From Desulfocapsaceae bacterium (GTDB taxonomy: Bacteria > Desulfobacterota > Desulfobulbia > Desulfobulbales > Desulfocapsaceae), in assembly GCA_028697885.1 (NCBI GenBank), contig JAQVER010000001.1, positions 19,970 to 83,969 of the forward strand: a DNA stretch of 64,000 nt, read 5' to 3'. Positions 26,314 through 36,075 of this stretch are shown one piece after another. The position numbers and the translations under genes were made by a program. Below the pieces are notes generated by a model, which saw only the letters and a list, made by a program, of their open reading frames with translations, was not told the DNA's origin and searched no databases. Each line of letters starts with the position of its first letter. Position 1 is the stretch's first letter.

Positions 26314-26784
26314 ATGGGAAACAGCAACTTAACAGCCAGCAGATTTCGCGGTAGATCGGAACATGCGCTTGATATCAAAGGACGTTTGAATGTCCCCAGC
26401 AGATTCAGGGACGTCCTTGCGCAGTATGATTCCGAGGAGCTGATGGTGACCAGTTGGGGCGCCCATCTTCGCGTCTTCCCCGTCTCTCAGTGGGAGATTC
26501 TGGAAAATAAGTTGTTGACCAATGGCCGTGAACAGCCTGGTCTGACCGGTTTTATCCGTCTGGTGGTCTCCGGGGTTACTCCCTGTCAACCTGATAAGCA
26601 GGGGCGGGTGTTGCTTCCTCCCTCGCTGCGCAGTGAGGTCGGAATAGTCAAGGATGTCGTGTTGACCGGGATGCTCGATTATGTGGAGATCTGGGACAAA
26701 GAGGCATGGGAGCTGGAGAATCAGGCCACCCGGGAGAACTTTAGTGATTATACGGAGAGTTTGGCCAAATTGGGTATTTTCTGA
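26314..26784 (+). CDS. mraZ: Transcriptional regulator MraZ
   Basis: It carries two DxxxR repeats, ALDIKGRLNVPSRFR and PDKQGRVLLPPSLR, and occupies the first position of the dcw cluster. Confidence 0.93.
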   Translation: MGNSNLTASRFRGRSEHALDIKGRLNVPSRFRDVLAQYDSEELMVTSWGAHLRVFPVSQWEILENKLLTNGREQPGLTGFIRLVVSGVTPCQPDKQGRVLLPPSLRSEVGIVKDVVLTGMLDYVEIWDKEAWELENQATRENFSDYTESLAKLGIF

Positions 26785-27683
26785 TGGAGCCTGCTCAACA
26801 GGAAACCGCTATCCATTGTTCTGTGTTGCCCGCCGAGATTCTCCATTATCTCGCTCCTCGCTCAGGTGGATTGTATGTAGATGGTACTTTGGGTCTTGGC
26901 GGCCACACCGAGGCAATTTTACGCCACTCTGCTCCGGATGGTCGGGTCATTGCCTTTGAATGGGATGAAGACGCTATTGCCAGGAGTCGGGTTAGATTAC
27001 AGCCTTTTGGTGACCGTCTGACCATTGTCAGACGTAATTTCGCTGAGATCGGTGCCGGGCTGGCAGAGCGCGGAATAAAGCAGGTAGATGGTATTCTTAT
27101 AGATATCGGTCTTTCTTCCCTGCAACTGGATCTAGGTGGCCGTGGTTTCAGCTTTCGGCATGATGAACCCCTTGATATGCGGATGGATACCAGGCGGGAA
27201 GTGACGGCAGCATCGCTTCTTGCAACTTGTACTGAAGAAGAACTGGCGGATATCTTTTTTTATTATGGTGATGAAAAGCAGGCCAGACCCATTGCCAGAG
27301 AAATTGTACGGTCCCGTTTTGCAGAGAAGATCGTAAGCTCTGGGCAACTGGCAGCTGTTGTGGCCAAGGCAATCCCGCGGCGTTTTCATCCCGATAAGAT
27401 TCATGTGGCCACCAAGGTATTTCAGGCCCTGCGAATCGCGGTGAATGGCGAGTTGGAAAATCTGGCCCGAATTCTTGATGATGCTCCGTCATTGCTTCGA
27501 TCCGGGGCAAGATTTTGTGTGATTTCGTTTCACTCTTTGGAAGATCGATTGGTGAAACGAAAATTTAGAGAACAAGGCGATATGGAGGTCCTTACCTCCA
27601 AACCTGTAATGCCCACAGCAAATGAGATTGCGACAAATTACAGGGCGCGTAGTGCACGATTGAGAGTGGCGGCCAGGAAATGA
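26784..27683 (+). CDS. rsmH: 16S rRNA (cytosine1402-N4)-methyltransferase RsmH (MraW)
   Basis: Shows HCSVLPAEIL, YVDGTLGLGGHTEAIL, DIGLSSLQLD, RGFSFRHDEPLDMRMD and SFHSLEDRLVK. Confidence 0.95.
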   Translation: MEPAQQETAIHCSVLPAEILHYLAPRSGGLYVDGTLGLGGHTEAILRHSAPDGRVIAFEWDEDAIARSRVRLQPFGDRLTIVRRNFAEIGAGLAERGIKQVDGILIDIGLSSLQLDLGGRGFSFRHDEPLDMRMDTRREVTAASLLATCTEEELADIFFYYGDEKQARPIAREIVRSRFAEKIVSSGQLAAVVAKAIPRRFHPDKIHVATKVFQALRIAVNGELENLARILDDAPSLLRSGARFCVISFHSLEDRLVKRKFREQGDMEVLTSKPVMPTANEIATNYRARSARLRVAARK

Positions 27684-27736
27684 TAGTTTGAACCTGGTCG
27701 TATTGTTATTTTAGAAATCAACGGAGGGAACGTACT

Positions 27737-28099
27737 ATGTTTATCAATCAATCTGTCCAAGCATATAGCCGTCCCATGATGCCATCGTCAATGCACCAGC
27801 AATTGCGGAAAAAAGCTCTTAGTGTGCTCGGTCCGAAAATATTGTGGATGGCTGTAGGGAAGGTGTTGCTCTTTTTCTGTCCGTTGTTTCTTCTGGCGAA
27901 CTTCTGGCTGACAGCCTCTGCGAGTCGCTTGGCTTTAGTTGTTGAGGATGCAGAAAAAAGTCGTTATGTCCTTATGGATGAACATATCAAGCTCAGGGCT
28001 GAGCGGGCCCGTCTTTATTCCCCTGAGTATCTCAATAAGATAGCGGCAAGTCAGCTCGCACTCTATGTTCCTGGAAAAGAACAGATTACCCGTTTTTAG
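27737..28099 (+). CDS. ftsL: FtsL-like cell division protein
   Basis: It is 120 aa with a single TM (ILWMAVGKVLLFFCPLFLLANFWL) followed by a coiled-coil-like segment. It sits between rsmH and the PBP gene. Confidence 0.7.
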   Translation: MFINQSVQAYSRPMMPSSMHQQLRKKALSVLGPKILWMAVGKVLLFFCPLFLLANFWLTASASRLALVVEDAEKSRYVLMDEHIKLRAERARLYSPEYLNKIAASQLALYVPGKEQITRF

Positions 28100-28240
28100 G
28101 GGACGATCAGGACTCCTTCTGCACCAAGGATGGTGCGGGAGTTACCTTTTTGAGAGTCTTCCCTGACGAATTTTTATATCCTTCCTATTATTTTAAGATC
28201 AAAATTATTCTTTACCAATAAGAGTTTAACTAGAGCTAAG

Positions 28241-30289
28241 ATGGTCATCCAGTCGCGTCGGAGGGGAAAGAAGAGCGGGCGAAGCGGGTTGGCGGTTTTG
28301 GGAATTGCGCTGATTGTTGTCGCAGGAGTTGTCGCTGGTGCTGCTCTGTATCGGCAGGAGGTCGCTCCTGCGTCGTCTTTGGTGCCCTCGACACTGGACC
28401 ATCCATGGTCAGCGCTTACAGGCTTTGTCAACAAGATGTTTTCCGGGCAGGAGAAGGCGGCAGAAAAGAAAAAAAATGTACGTGGGACTATTTATGACCG
28501 TAGCTTTAAGGAGTTAGCCTTATCGCTTGATCGGGTTTCTCTCTATGTGAGACCTAGGGAGTTGGAAGATGTGCATGGCAGTGCCAGGCAGCTTGCCACA
28601 GTTCTGGGTCTGGATGAACAAGAGTTGCTGACCCGTCTGGATAAGGATGCTCAGCGGATCTGGTTGGCAAAAGATATTAGTCTGGAAGAAGAAAAGGCAG
28701 TGGAGGATCTTCATCTTTCGGGTGTTTTTCTGCACCGGGAGCAGGTTCGCTATTATCCGTATAAGAGTATTGCTGCCCATGTGATTGGTTTTGCCGATCG
28801 AAATATGGGATTGGCCGGGGTGGAGCGTTATTATAATCGTCTCCTGGATCAAGCCAGTATCAGTCGTGATGATTTTCCCCATATCGATTTGGCAGGCCAT
28901 TATAAGACGGGTATCAGTGGTCAGCATCTTGTCTTGACCATTGATCTGAAAATACAGGATATTCTTGAAAAATACGTGACAGCGCTAGGTGCGGTGCATG
29001 AGGATGCGGGAATTGTAGCTCTTCTCATGGAGACAGAGACGGGTGCCATTGTTGCCAATGCAAATTTCCCGTCCTTCGACCCGAATTTATTTTATCAATA
29101 TAAAAAACAGAATTTTGCAAATATCTTGTTGGAGCCTGTGGCTATTCCTGGTGCAATCAGGAGCTTGTTTCATGACTCGGCTTTACTTCAGGCCGATGTG
29201 GGGCAGGGGAAGCAGATCTACCCCTGGAGTATCACGGCAGGATCTGTTGACAGCGGTAGTGAACTTCGTTTGTGGCAGCGGTTGGGTTTGAGTGCGGTGC
29301 CGGATCTGGATTTTTCGATGCAGGAGGTTCATCCTGATGTTGGCGGGACTGAAAGAAAATCTTCCGCTCCGGAAAGTGAAATGGGAACCGTGCCGTCCAC
29401 AGCAACGCCCATGCAGATACTTGTCGGGCTGAACTCTCTATTAAATGGTGGCCATCGGGTCTTGCCGCATGTGCTTGATCGCATTATGGAGCGGAACGGA
29501 ACTCATGAGTATTTTTTTAGATCTTTCGCAACAGGTGACGGACAGGGAGGTTCTGAGGCCCAAGGAACAAGGGATGACGGGATAGGTGAAGAACGTGGGC
29601 AGGTGTCGCAACGGGCATTGGCTGAAACATTGAGTTTGTTAAAGGCCCAAGGACAGAAAGGGGTGCTCGATTCAGTTTATATTGATGTCCCGGATCTCTC
29701 TTTGCAGCCGGTTGGTAAAAATGGCGAATATATCAGAACCAGAATGATGTTTGCCGTGCTGCCTGCAGACAAACCGGAACTGATTCTTATGGTGATGGTG
29801 CGTCAGCCATACCTGGAACCGTCCATTGCCTCAGCTAAAGATGTATTTGATCTTGTCGGGCCGGTTGGGAAAATCTTGCCGTCGATGGTGGCACTGCAGC
29901 AGGTTCATAAAAATCTTTCTGATATGATGGCTAAGTCTGAAAGGAAAGAGATTAATTATCAGCAGGAGCAAGAGAAAAAAATTCCGCTTGGGCTGGAAAC
30001 CATGCTTGAGCAGCACCATCCACTCATGCCGGACCTTTCCGGTCTGAGTTTGAGGCGGGCCTTGCATTTGTTGCAGGACAAGAATGTCAAGGTACGGATT
30101 CAGGGGACAGGGCGTGTTGTGGCTCAGAACCCGGCTGCTGGTATATCGCTTGGCGGGGTGAAAGAGTGTCTGCTTACCTTGCAGAAAGATGAACAAATAG
30201 GCAAGCACGCAGCTGGTAAAGATCAACCCGTGAGTGATGGCAATATAAAAAACAAAATCGAACGAATAAAGGGTGCGTTGAGGAAATAA
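28241..30289 (+). CDS. ftsI: Class B PBP (positional FtsI/PBP3) with degenerate transpeptidase motifs and a C-terminal PASTA domain
   Basis: A TM anchor and a PBP dimerisation domain (RGTIYDRS..., YYPYKSIAAHVIGF, GLAGVERYYN) are present, followed by ANANFPSFDPN. Where EPGSTxK is expected the sequence reads EPVAIPGAIRS (29132-29164). SxN reads SVD. KTG reads KNG (29717-25). The PASTA domain is MPDLSGLSLRRALHLLQDKNVKVRIQGTGRVVAQNPAAG. Confidence 0.8.
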   Translation: MVIQSRRRGKKSGRSGLAVLGIALIVVAGVVAGAALYRQEVAPASSLVPSTLDHPWSALTGFVNKMFSGQEKAAEKKKNVRGTIYDRSFKELALSLDRVSLYVRPRELEDVHGSARQLATVLGLDEQELLTRLDKDAQRIWLAKDISLEEEKAVEDLHLSGVFLHREQVRYYPYKSIAAHVIGFADRNMGLAGVERYYNRLLDQASISRDDFPHIDLAGHYKTGISGQHLVLTIDLKIQDILEKYVTALGAVHEDAGIVALLMETETGAIVANANFPSFDPNLFYQYKKQNFANILLEPVAIPGAIRSLFHDSALLQADVGQGKQIYPWSITAGSVDSGSELRLWQRLGLSAVPDLDFSMQEVHPDVGGTERKSSAPESEMGTVPSTATPMQILVGLNSLLNGGHRVLPHVLDRIMERNGTHEYFFRSFATGDGQGGSEAQGTRDDGIGEERGQVSQRALAETLSLLKAQGQKGVLDSVYIDVPDLSLQPVGKNGEYIRTRMMFAVLPADKPELILMVMVRQPYLEPSIASAKDVFDLVGPVGKILPSMVALQQVHKNLSDMMAKSERKEINYQQEQEKKIPLGLETMLEQHHPLMPDLSGLSLRRALHLLQDKNVKVRIQGTGRVVAQNPAAGISLGGVKECLLTLQKDEQIGKHAAGKDQPVSDGNIKNKIERIKGALRK

Positions 30290-30388
30290 ATGACCAAAGT
30301 TCTTTTGCACTCTCCACTGAAAATCTCATTCACATGTGTCTGATGAGACCGATTAAGGTCCTAAATTTTATCTTTCAATTATTTTTTA

Positions 30389-33300
30389 ATGGATAGTGTA
30401 AGAGCTGAGGAGCAGTTTGTTGAAGGGTGCAGTTGCAAGGGATATTTGCTTGAGACGCTTCTGGCTTCTGTCACTTATTCACTTTTGGGTAAAAAACTGC
30501 CAGCAGGCATAGTCGTCTCTGGTGTGACCGTTGATTCCCGGAGAATAGAGGCAGGATCGCTTTTTGTGGCCCTTGCCGGAAGCAGGACGGATGGGCATGC
30601 CTATCTCGAGCAGGTGATGGCCAGTAGGGCTACGGTATTGGTGGTTGAAGAAGGCCGGGTGAGGCCAGAACAGTTTGCCGATTGTCGTCAGTGTGTGATT
30701 GTAGTTGCGGACAGCCATCTGGCCTATGCGCAGATTGCAGCCAATCTGTATGGCCAGCCGGCACAGGGATTGACTCTGGTCGGAGTCACCGGCACCAATG
30801 GCAAGACCACGGTCAGTTATCTCCTTGAGAGTGTACTGAGACAGCTGGGTCTGGCGGTTGGGGTTATCGGCACGATTAACTATCGCTATCGTGATGCCAG
30901 GGGACAGGATGTTGAGATTCCTGCCCCTTTCACGACACCTGAACCACTCTTGCTTCAGTCTCTCCTGCGGCAAATGGCTGATGCCGGTGTAACCCATGTG
31001 ATCATGGAGGTTTCCTCTCACGCCCTGGTCCAGCGCCGTCTTGGCGATCTGCAATTTGATGTGGTTGCCTTTACCAATCTCTCGCGTGATCATCTGGACT
31101 ATCATCAGGACATGGATGATTATTTTGCCGCCAAGGCCCTCCTTTTTCGTGACCATCTGCAAAAGGGTGGTAAGGCTGTTATTACCCGGACAGCAGCTCA
31201 TGATCCTGAAGAAGAAAAAAGGACGCAACAATTGCTTGGCTTATGTGAGGCTCAGGGTGCTCAGGTGTGGCAGTGTGGCGGGAACGGTGATATTTATCCT
31301 TTGAGTGTCCAGTCAGGTTTGGATTCCACCACCATAACCCTGCATACTTCCGAAGATGAAATCCAGCTTACGACTTCTCTGGTGGGTGATTTTAATGTGG
31401 CAAACCTGTTGACTGTGATGGGAATTGGGCTGGCCCTGGGAGTAGAGGTACAAGCTTTGTCTCTGATGCTGGGGCAGGCATCCGGGGCGCCAGGACGCCT
31501 GCAGCGGATAATGGCCGCAGAACAGGAAAGGCCCTTCCGGCCAGCGGTGTTTGTTGATTATGCCCATACCCCGGATGCCCTGCAAAAGGTTTTAGAAACT
31601 CTTTCCCGGCTTCCGCATCGGAGATTGATCTGTGTTTTTGGCTGCGGCGGTGATCGGGACAAGGGAAAACGGGCTATTATGGGTGAGATCGCCGCTCATT
31701 GCAGCGATGTGGTAGTGGTCACCGACGATAATCCCCGCAGTGAATCACCCCAGGAGATAGTGGCTCAGATTGTCTCCGGTGTCCGTTTGACGGATCTGGA
31801 AAAACGGGAACCTTCCTGGCTTATGGCTTCGGTCGGAGATGAACAGGGATTTCTGGTGCTTCATGATCGTACCCAGGCGATATCCCTGGCCATTGGAGCG
31901 GCAACGGTCGATGATATTGTGCTTATTGCCGGAAAAGGACATGAGCGATATCAACTTGGGGCGGAGGGTACGCGTTTCTTTGATGACAGTCTTGAGGCCA
32001 AGAAAGGACTGACCAGCTGGAGACTTGAAAGTCTTTGTCTCGCTGCTCACGGTGAGCTGGTCGGAGAGAGGAGAGGAATAACTGATCTTGGCTCAGTGGT
32101 CACCGACAGCCGGAAAGTGGTAGCGGGTGATATCTTTGTGGCCTTGGCCGGAGAGAGGTTTGACGGTCATGATTTTCTGCAGCAGGTGGCCTCTGCCGGT
32201 GCAGGATGTCTTGTGATTCGCCGGGAAACTCCTTTAGAGGCGCTTCCTGCCATTCCCTGTCTGTTGGTGGATGATACTTTACAGGCCTTGGGCGATCTGG
32301 CCGCATATCGGCGGCAGGTGATGAAGGCGATCAGTGGGCCGTTGGTGGTGGGGATTACCGGTAGTTGTGGCAAGACGACGGTCAAGGAGATGACTGCCGC
32401 AATCTTTGAACAGCATTGGCAGGGGTTGAATCCAGGGACTCAGGCCTCTTTTGATCAGGTGTTGAAGACCAGGGGCAATTTTAATAATCTTATCGGGTTA
32501 CCTCTTTCTCTCTTGCCAATGAATCCTGGCCACAGAGCTGCTGTTCTGGAGATGGGGATGAACCGGCCAGGTGAGATTGACAGGCTTGTCCGCATTGCTG
32601 ACCCTGATATTGCCTGTATTGTCAATGTCCATGCCGCGCATCTCGAGGGGCTGCACTCCATCGAAGGGGTGGCACGAGCTAAGGAAGAGCTCTTTGCCGG
32701 AAGCGGCCAAGACAGTACCCTGGTGATTAATCTGGATGATCCCCATGTGCGGAACTGTGCTGAAAGGTATTCTCAGAAAAAGGTTTTGTATGCAGCAGGT
32801 GAAGAAGGAATGCGTCACAGACCTCAGGTCTGGGCTTCTGACTTAGGGAGTGAGGGAAGCAGTGCCCAGACCTTTGTCCTTCATATTGCATTGGAGACAA
32901 TCTCTGTGACCTTGCATGTTCCTGGTGTTCATAATATCTCCAATGCTGTGGCTGCAGCGGCTATTGCCCATGCTGCAGGTCTCGGTATAGGAGTGATCGG
33001 GGCAGGGCTTACTGTATTCCAGCCAACTGATAAACGAATGCAGATTGTCAAAGGCATGGGAGGTTTGTATATTCTCAATGATACGTATAATGCCAATCCG
33101 GCCTCAATGCGGGCAGGTCTTGCGACCCTTGCTCAGCAAGGTAATGGAAGGCGGGTTGCCATTCTGGGAGATATGCTGGAACTGGGACCGACCAGCGCGG
33201 AGGCCCATCGGGAAGTGGGAGGGTATGCGGCAGGTCAGCTCATTGATTATCTGGCCCTGGTTGGTAGTTTTGCGGCAGAGACAGCCACGGGGGCGAGAAT

Positions 33301-33475
33301 GGCAGGCATGGAAAGTCTGCGGATCAGGGTTTTTCAGGAGAAGAAGGATGTCGTGTCCTGGATTGAAGAGCTTCTGAGCGCGCGTCAGTTACAGGCTGGT
33401 GACTGGCTATTGGTCAAAGGTTCAAGGGGGATGCGCCTTGAAGAGGTGGTAGAACAGTTGCAGGAGAGTTTGTAG
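30389..33475 (+). CDS. murE-murF: Fused UDP-MurNAc-tripeptide synthetase MurE / UDP-MurNAc-pentapeptide synthetase MurF (1028 aa)
   Basis: The MurE half has GVTGTNGKTTVSYLL and VTDDNPRSE. The junction is near 32010 (..EAKKGLTSWRLESLCLAAHGELVG..). The MurF half has VTDSRKVVAGDIFVAL, GITGSCGKTTVKEM and NDTYNANPASM. There is no stop between the halves. Confidence 0.9.
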   Translation: MDSVRAEEQFVEGCSCKGYLLETLLASVTYSLLGKKLPAGIVVSGVTVDSRRIEAGSLFVALAGSRTDGHAYLEQVMASRATVLVVEEGRVRPEQFADCRQCVIVVADSHLAYAQIAANLYGQPAQGLTLVGVTGTNGKTTVSYLLESVLRQLGLAVGVIGTINYRYRDARGQDVEIPAPFTTPEPLLLQSLLRQMADAGVTHVIMEVSSHALVQRRLGDLQFDVVAFTNLSRDHLDYHQDMDDYFAAKALLFRDHLQKGGKAVITRTAAHDPEEEKRTQQLLGLCEAQGAQVWQCGGNGDIYPLSVQSGLDSTTITLHTSEDEIQLTTSLVGDFNVANLLTVMGIGLALGVEVQALSLMLGQASGAPGRLQRIMAAEQERPFRPAVFVDYAHTPDALQKVLETLSRLPHRRLICVFGCGGDRDKGKRAIMGEIAAHCSDVVVVTDDNPRSESPQEIVAQIVSGVRLTDLEKREPSWLMASVGDEQGFLVLHDRTQAISLAIGAATVDDIVLIAGKGHERYQLGAEGTRFFDDSLEAKKGLTSWRLESLCLAAHGELVGERRGITDLGSVVTDSRKVVAGDIFVALAGERFDGHDFLQQVASAGAGCLVIRRETPLEALPAIPCLLVDDTLQALGDLAAYRRQVMKAISGPLVVGITGSCGKTTVKEMTAAIFEQHWQGLNPGTQASFDQVLKTRGNFNNLIGLPLSLLPMNPGHRAAVLEMGMNRPGEIDRLVRIADPDIACIVNVHAAHLEGLHSIEGVARAKEELFAGSGQDSTLVINLDDPHVRNCAERYSQKKVLYAAGEEGMRHRPQVWASDLGSEGSSAQTFVLHIALETISVTLHVPGVHNISNAVAAAAIAHAAGLGIGVIGAGLTVFQPTDKRMQIVKGMGGLYILNDTYNANPASMRAGLATLAQQGNGRRVAILGDMLELGPTSAEAHREVGGYAAGQLIDYLALVGSFAAETATGARMAGMESLRIRVFQEKKDVVSWIEELLSARQLQAGDWLLVKGSRGMRLEEVVEQLQESL

Positions 33476-33553
33476 ATTTTTGGCTGTCAGCTAAATCCCT
33501 GCAGGCTTAACTGCTTGAGTCGTTTAAAAATTAACCCTAAAAACTCGTAAGTT

Positions 33554-34633
33554 ATGCTCTACCATCTTCTCTATCCACTGCATACGACTTTCAGCGGTTT
33601 TAATATCTTCCGCTATATCACCGTCCGTTCCATTGGCGGAGCGGTGACGGCCTTTCTGCTGATGATTATCCTGGGACCAATGTTTATCAGGGCTCTGCGG
33701 CGTTTCCAGATTGGACAGGTGGTTCGGGATGACGGGCCGGAAACTCATCTGGCAAAGCAGGGAGTGCCCACTATGGGTGGGGTGCTGATTCTCTCTGCCA
33801 TTACCTGCTCGACGCTGCTGTGGGCCAGGCTGGATAGTTCATTGGTATGGCTGCTGCTCTTTGTGACCTTGTTTTTCGGTATGATCGGGGCAATTGATGA
33901 TCTGAAAAAGGTTCACAAGAAAAACAGCAAAGGGCTGAGTGCCAGAGGAAAACTGATTCTGCAGATTGGTGGCGCTTCCGTGGTTGGCCTTTTTGTGCTG
34001 CTGCATCCAGGATTTGACGGGCAGTTGAGTGTGCCTTTTTTTAAAAATATTCATCCCAACTTGGGCTGGTTTTATGTCGTCTTTGCGGTAGTGGTCATTG
34101 TCGGAGCTTCAAATGCGGTAAATCTTACCGACGGTCTTGATGGTCTTGCCACCGGTCCAACGGTTATCTCCGGATCGGTCTATCTGATCTTTTCTTATCT
34201 GGCCGGACATACCGTGCTGGCGGAGTATCTGCAAATTCCCTTTGTACCGGGTGCAGGCGAACTGGCGATTTTCTGTGGGGCGATGGTCGGGGCTTCACTC
34301 GGGTTTCTGTGGTTTAATGCCTATCCGGCCCAAATCTTCATGGGTGACGTTGGATCACTGGCCCTGGGAGGTGCCTTGGGTTCGGTGGCTATCATTATCA
34401 AACAAGAGATCCTGTTGGCCATTGTCGGAGGGATCTTTGTTATGGAGGCGCTATCCGTCATCTTGCAGGTGGGCTATTTTAAGATGACCAATGGCAAACG
34501 GATCTTCCTGATGGCACCTTTTCATCATCATTTTGAGAAAAAAGGCTGGCATGAACCAAAGGTGGTGGTCAGGTTCTGGATTGTTTCCGTGATCCTGGGC
34601 CTTATTGCCGTTGCGACTTTGAAGCTGCGTTGA
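33554..34633 (+). CDS. mraY: Phospho-N-acetylmuramoyl-pentapeptide transferase
   Basis: Shows [16 protein letters not shown] and [13 protein letters not shown], with a polytopic membrane profile. Confidence 0.95.
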   Translation: MLYHLLYPLHTTFSGFNIFRYITVRSIGGAVTAFLLMIILGPMFIRALRRFQIGQVVRDDGPETHLAKQGVPTMGGVLILSAITCSTLLWARLDSSLVWLLLFVTLFFGMIGAIDDLKKVHKKNSKGLSARGKLILQIGGASVVGLFVLLHPGFDGQLSVPFFKNIHPNLGWFYVVFAVVVIVGASNAVNLTDGLDGLATGPTVISGSVYLIFSYLAGHTVLAEYLQIPFVPGAGELAIFCGAMVGASLGFLWFNAYPAQIFMGDVGSLALGGALGSVAIIIKQEILLAIVGGIFVMEALSVILQVGYFKMTNGKRIFLMAPFHHHFEKKGWHEPKVVVRFWIVSVILGLIAVATLKLR

Positions 34634-36075
34634 TGACCAGGCAAGTTAACAAAGCAGTCGGGAGTCATGCTCCCTCTTCATCCCGCCCGGAAGCATCCAA
34701 GCCTTGCGTCGCGGTGATGGGGCTGGGAGTCTCAGGCCGGGCCGCGGTACGTTATCTGGCATCGCAGGGGCTGAAGGTGTTGGTTTCTGATACCAGGGCC
34801 GCACATTTGTTGCCGGCAGCAGATCTGGCCTTTCTGGCAGAATATGGAGTGGAATACGAATGTGGAGGTCATAGCCTAGCCTTTCTCAGACAGGCTGATA
34901 AAATTCTGGTCAGTCCTGGAATCAGGCAGGAACTGGAGATTCTGCTGCAACTTCGAGCCCTTAACATTCCGGTGCTGGGTGAATTGGCTGTGGCTGCGCC
35001 GCTCATCAACAAACCGGTAATTGCCATCACCGGTACCAATGGTAAGACCACTGTCACTGCCCTGATTGGCGAGTTGCTGCAAGGGGCCGGGAAAAAGGTT
35101 TTTGTCGGTGGCAATATCGGAACATCGCTTTTTGATTATCTCAATAATCCTGAAGATGTTGATGTGCTGGTTCTTGAACTGTCAAGTTTTCAGTTGGAGG
35201 CAGCCGGGGACTTTAAGGCCGATGTGGCGATCCTCCTTAATGTGACCCCGGATCATCTGGACCGCCACGGCAGTATGGAGAGCTATGCTGCGGCCAAGAT
35301 GAAGATCTTTTCCGGTCAGGGACAGAATGACACGGCAATTCTCAGCGGAGATGATCACTCTTGTCGAGAGATGCTATCGGGGCTCGGGGGCGGGCAGCGG
35401 CAACTGCTTTTCGGGCATGGCCAGGATTGTCAGGCGCGGATTGAAGATCATAGGGTTATGCTTTTGTGGCAAGGGCGCGAAGAGCGTTATGATCTTACGG
35501 GCTCCATGCTTGATACTGCCACAGGCGCATTGAACAGTGCTGCTGCCATCCTTGCCGTCCGTAGCTTTGGTTGTGGCCAGGAGGTGATCGCGCAGGGTCT
35601 TGCTGCCTTTCAGGTGGCGGCTCATCGAATGGCCTTAGTGGGGGAGGCTGCCGGGGTCTCTTATTATGATGACTCCAAGGCCACCAATACTGGAGCCGTT
35701 CTCAGCGCCCTGGAAAATTTTAAGGGTAACGTGATCCTTATTGTCGGCGGCCGTGACAAGGGCGATGATTATACCCTGCTGAAGGAGAGTGTTGGTCGGA
35801 AAGTGCGCTGTCTGATTCTGATAGGGGAGGCCGCGGAGCTGATTGGCCAGGCCCTGGCAGGAGTGACGGAGTTGCGAAAGGCCTGCTCAATGGAAGATGC
35901 GGTGCTGCTGGCGGCCTCCATTGCCAGAGCTGGGGATACGGTGCTGCTTTCTCCTGCCTGTGCCAGTTTTGATATGTTTGAGAATTATGGCCATCGGGGC
36001 AGGGTCTTTGCGGAGGCAGTGCAGAGGGTGATTGATCAGTCAGGGCCTGTCGCAGGCCAGGATGGCGGTAGCTGA
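34633..36075 (+). CDS. murD: UDP-N-acetylmuramoylalanine--D-glutamate ligase
   Basis: Shows VAVMGLGVSGRAAVRYL and ITGTNGKTTVTALIGELL. ATG 34633 overlaps the mraY stop (TTGATGA); the track begins at TTG 34630. Confidence 0.92.
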   Translation: MTRQVNKAVGSHAPSSSRPEASKPCVAVMGLGVSGRAAVRYLASQGLKVLVSDTRAAHLLPAADLAFLAEYGVEYECGGHSLAFLRQADKILVSPGIRQELEILLQLRALNIPVLGELAVAAPLINKPVIAITGTNGKTTVTALIGELLQGAGKKVFVGGNIGTSLFDYLNNPEDVDVLVLELSSFQLEAAGDFKADVAILLNVTPDHLDRHGSMESYAAAKMKIFSGQGQNDTAILSGDDHSCREMLSGLGGGQRQLLFGHGQDCQARIEDHRVMLLWQGREERYDLTGSMLDTATGALNSAAAILAVRSFGCGQEVIAQGLAAFQVAAHRMALVGEAAGVSYYDDSKATNTGAVLSALENFKGNVILIVGGRDKGDDYTLLKESVGRKVRCLILIGEAAELIGQALAGVTELRKACSMEDAVLLAASIARAGDTVLLSPACASFDMFENYGHRGRVFAEAVQRVIDQSGPVAGQDGGS

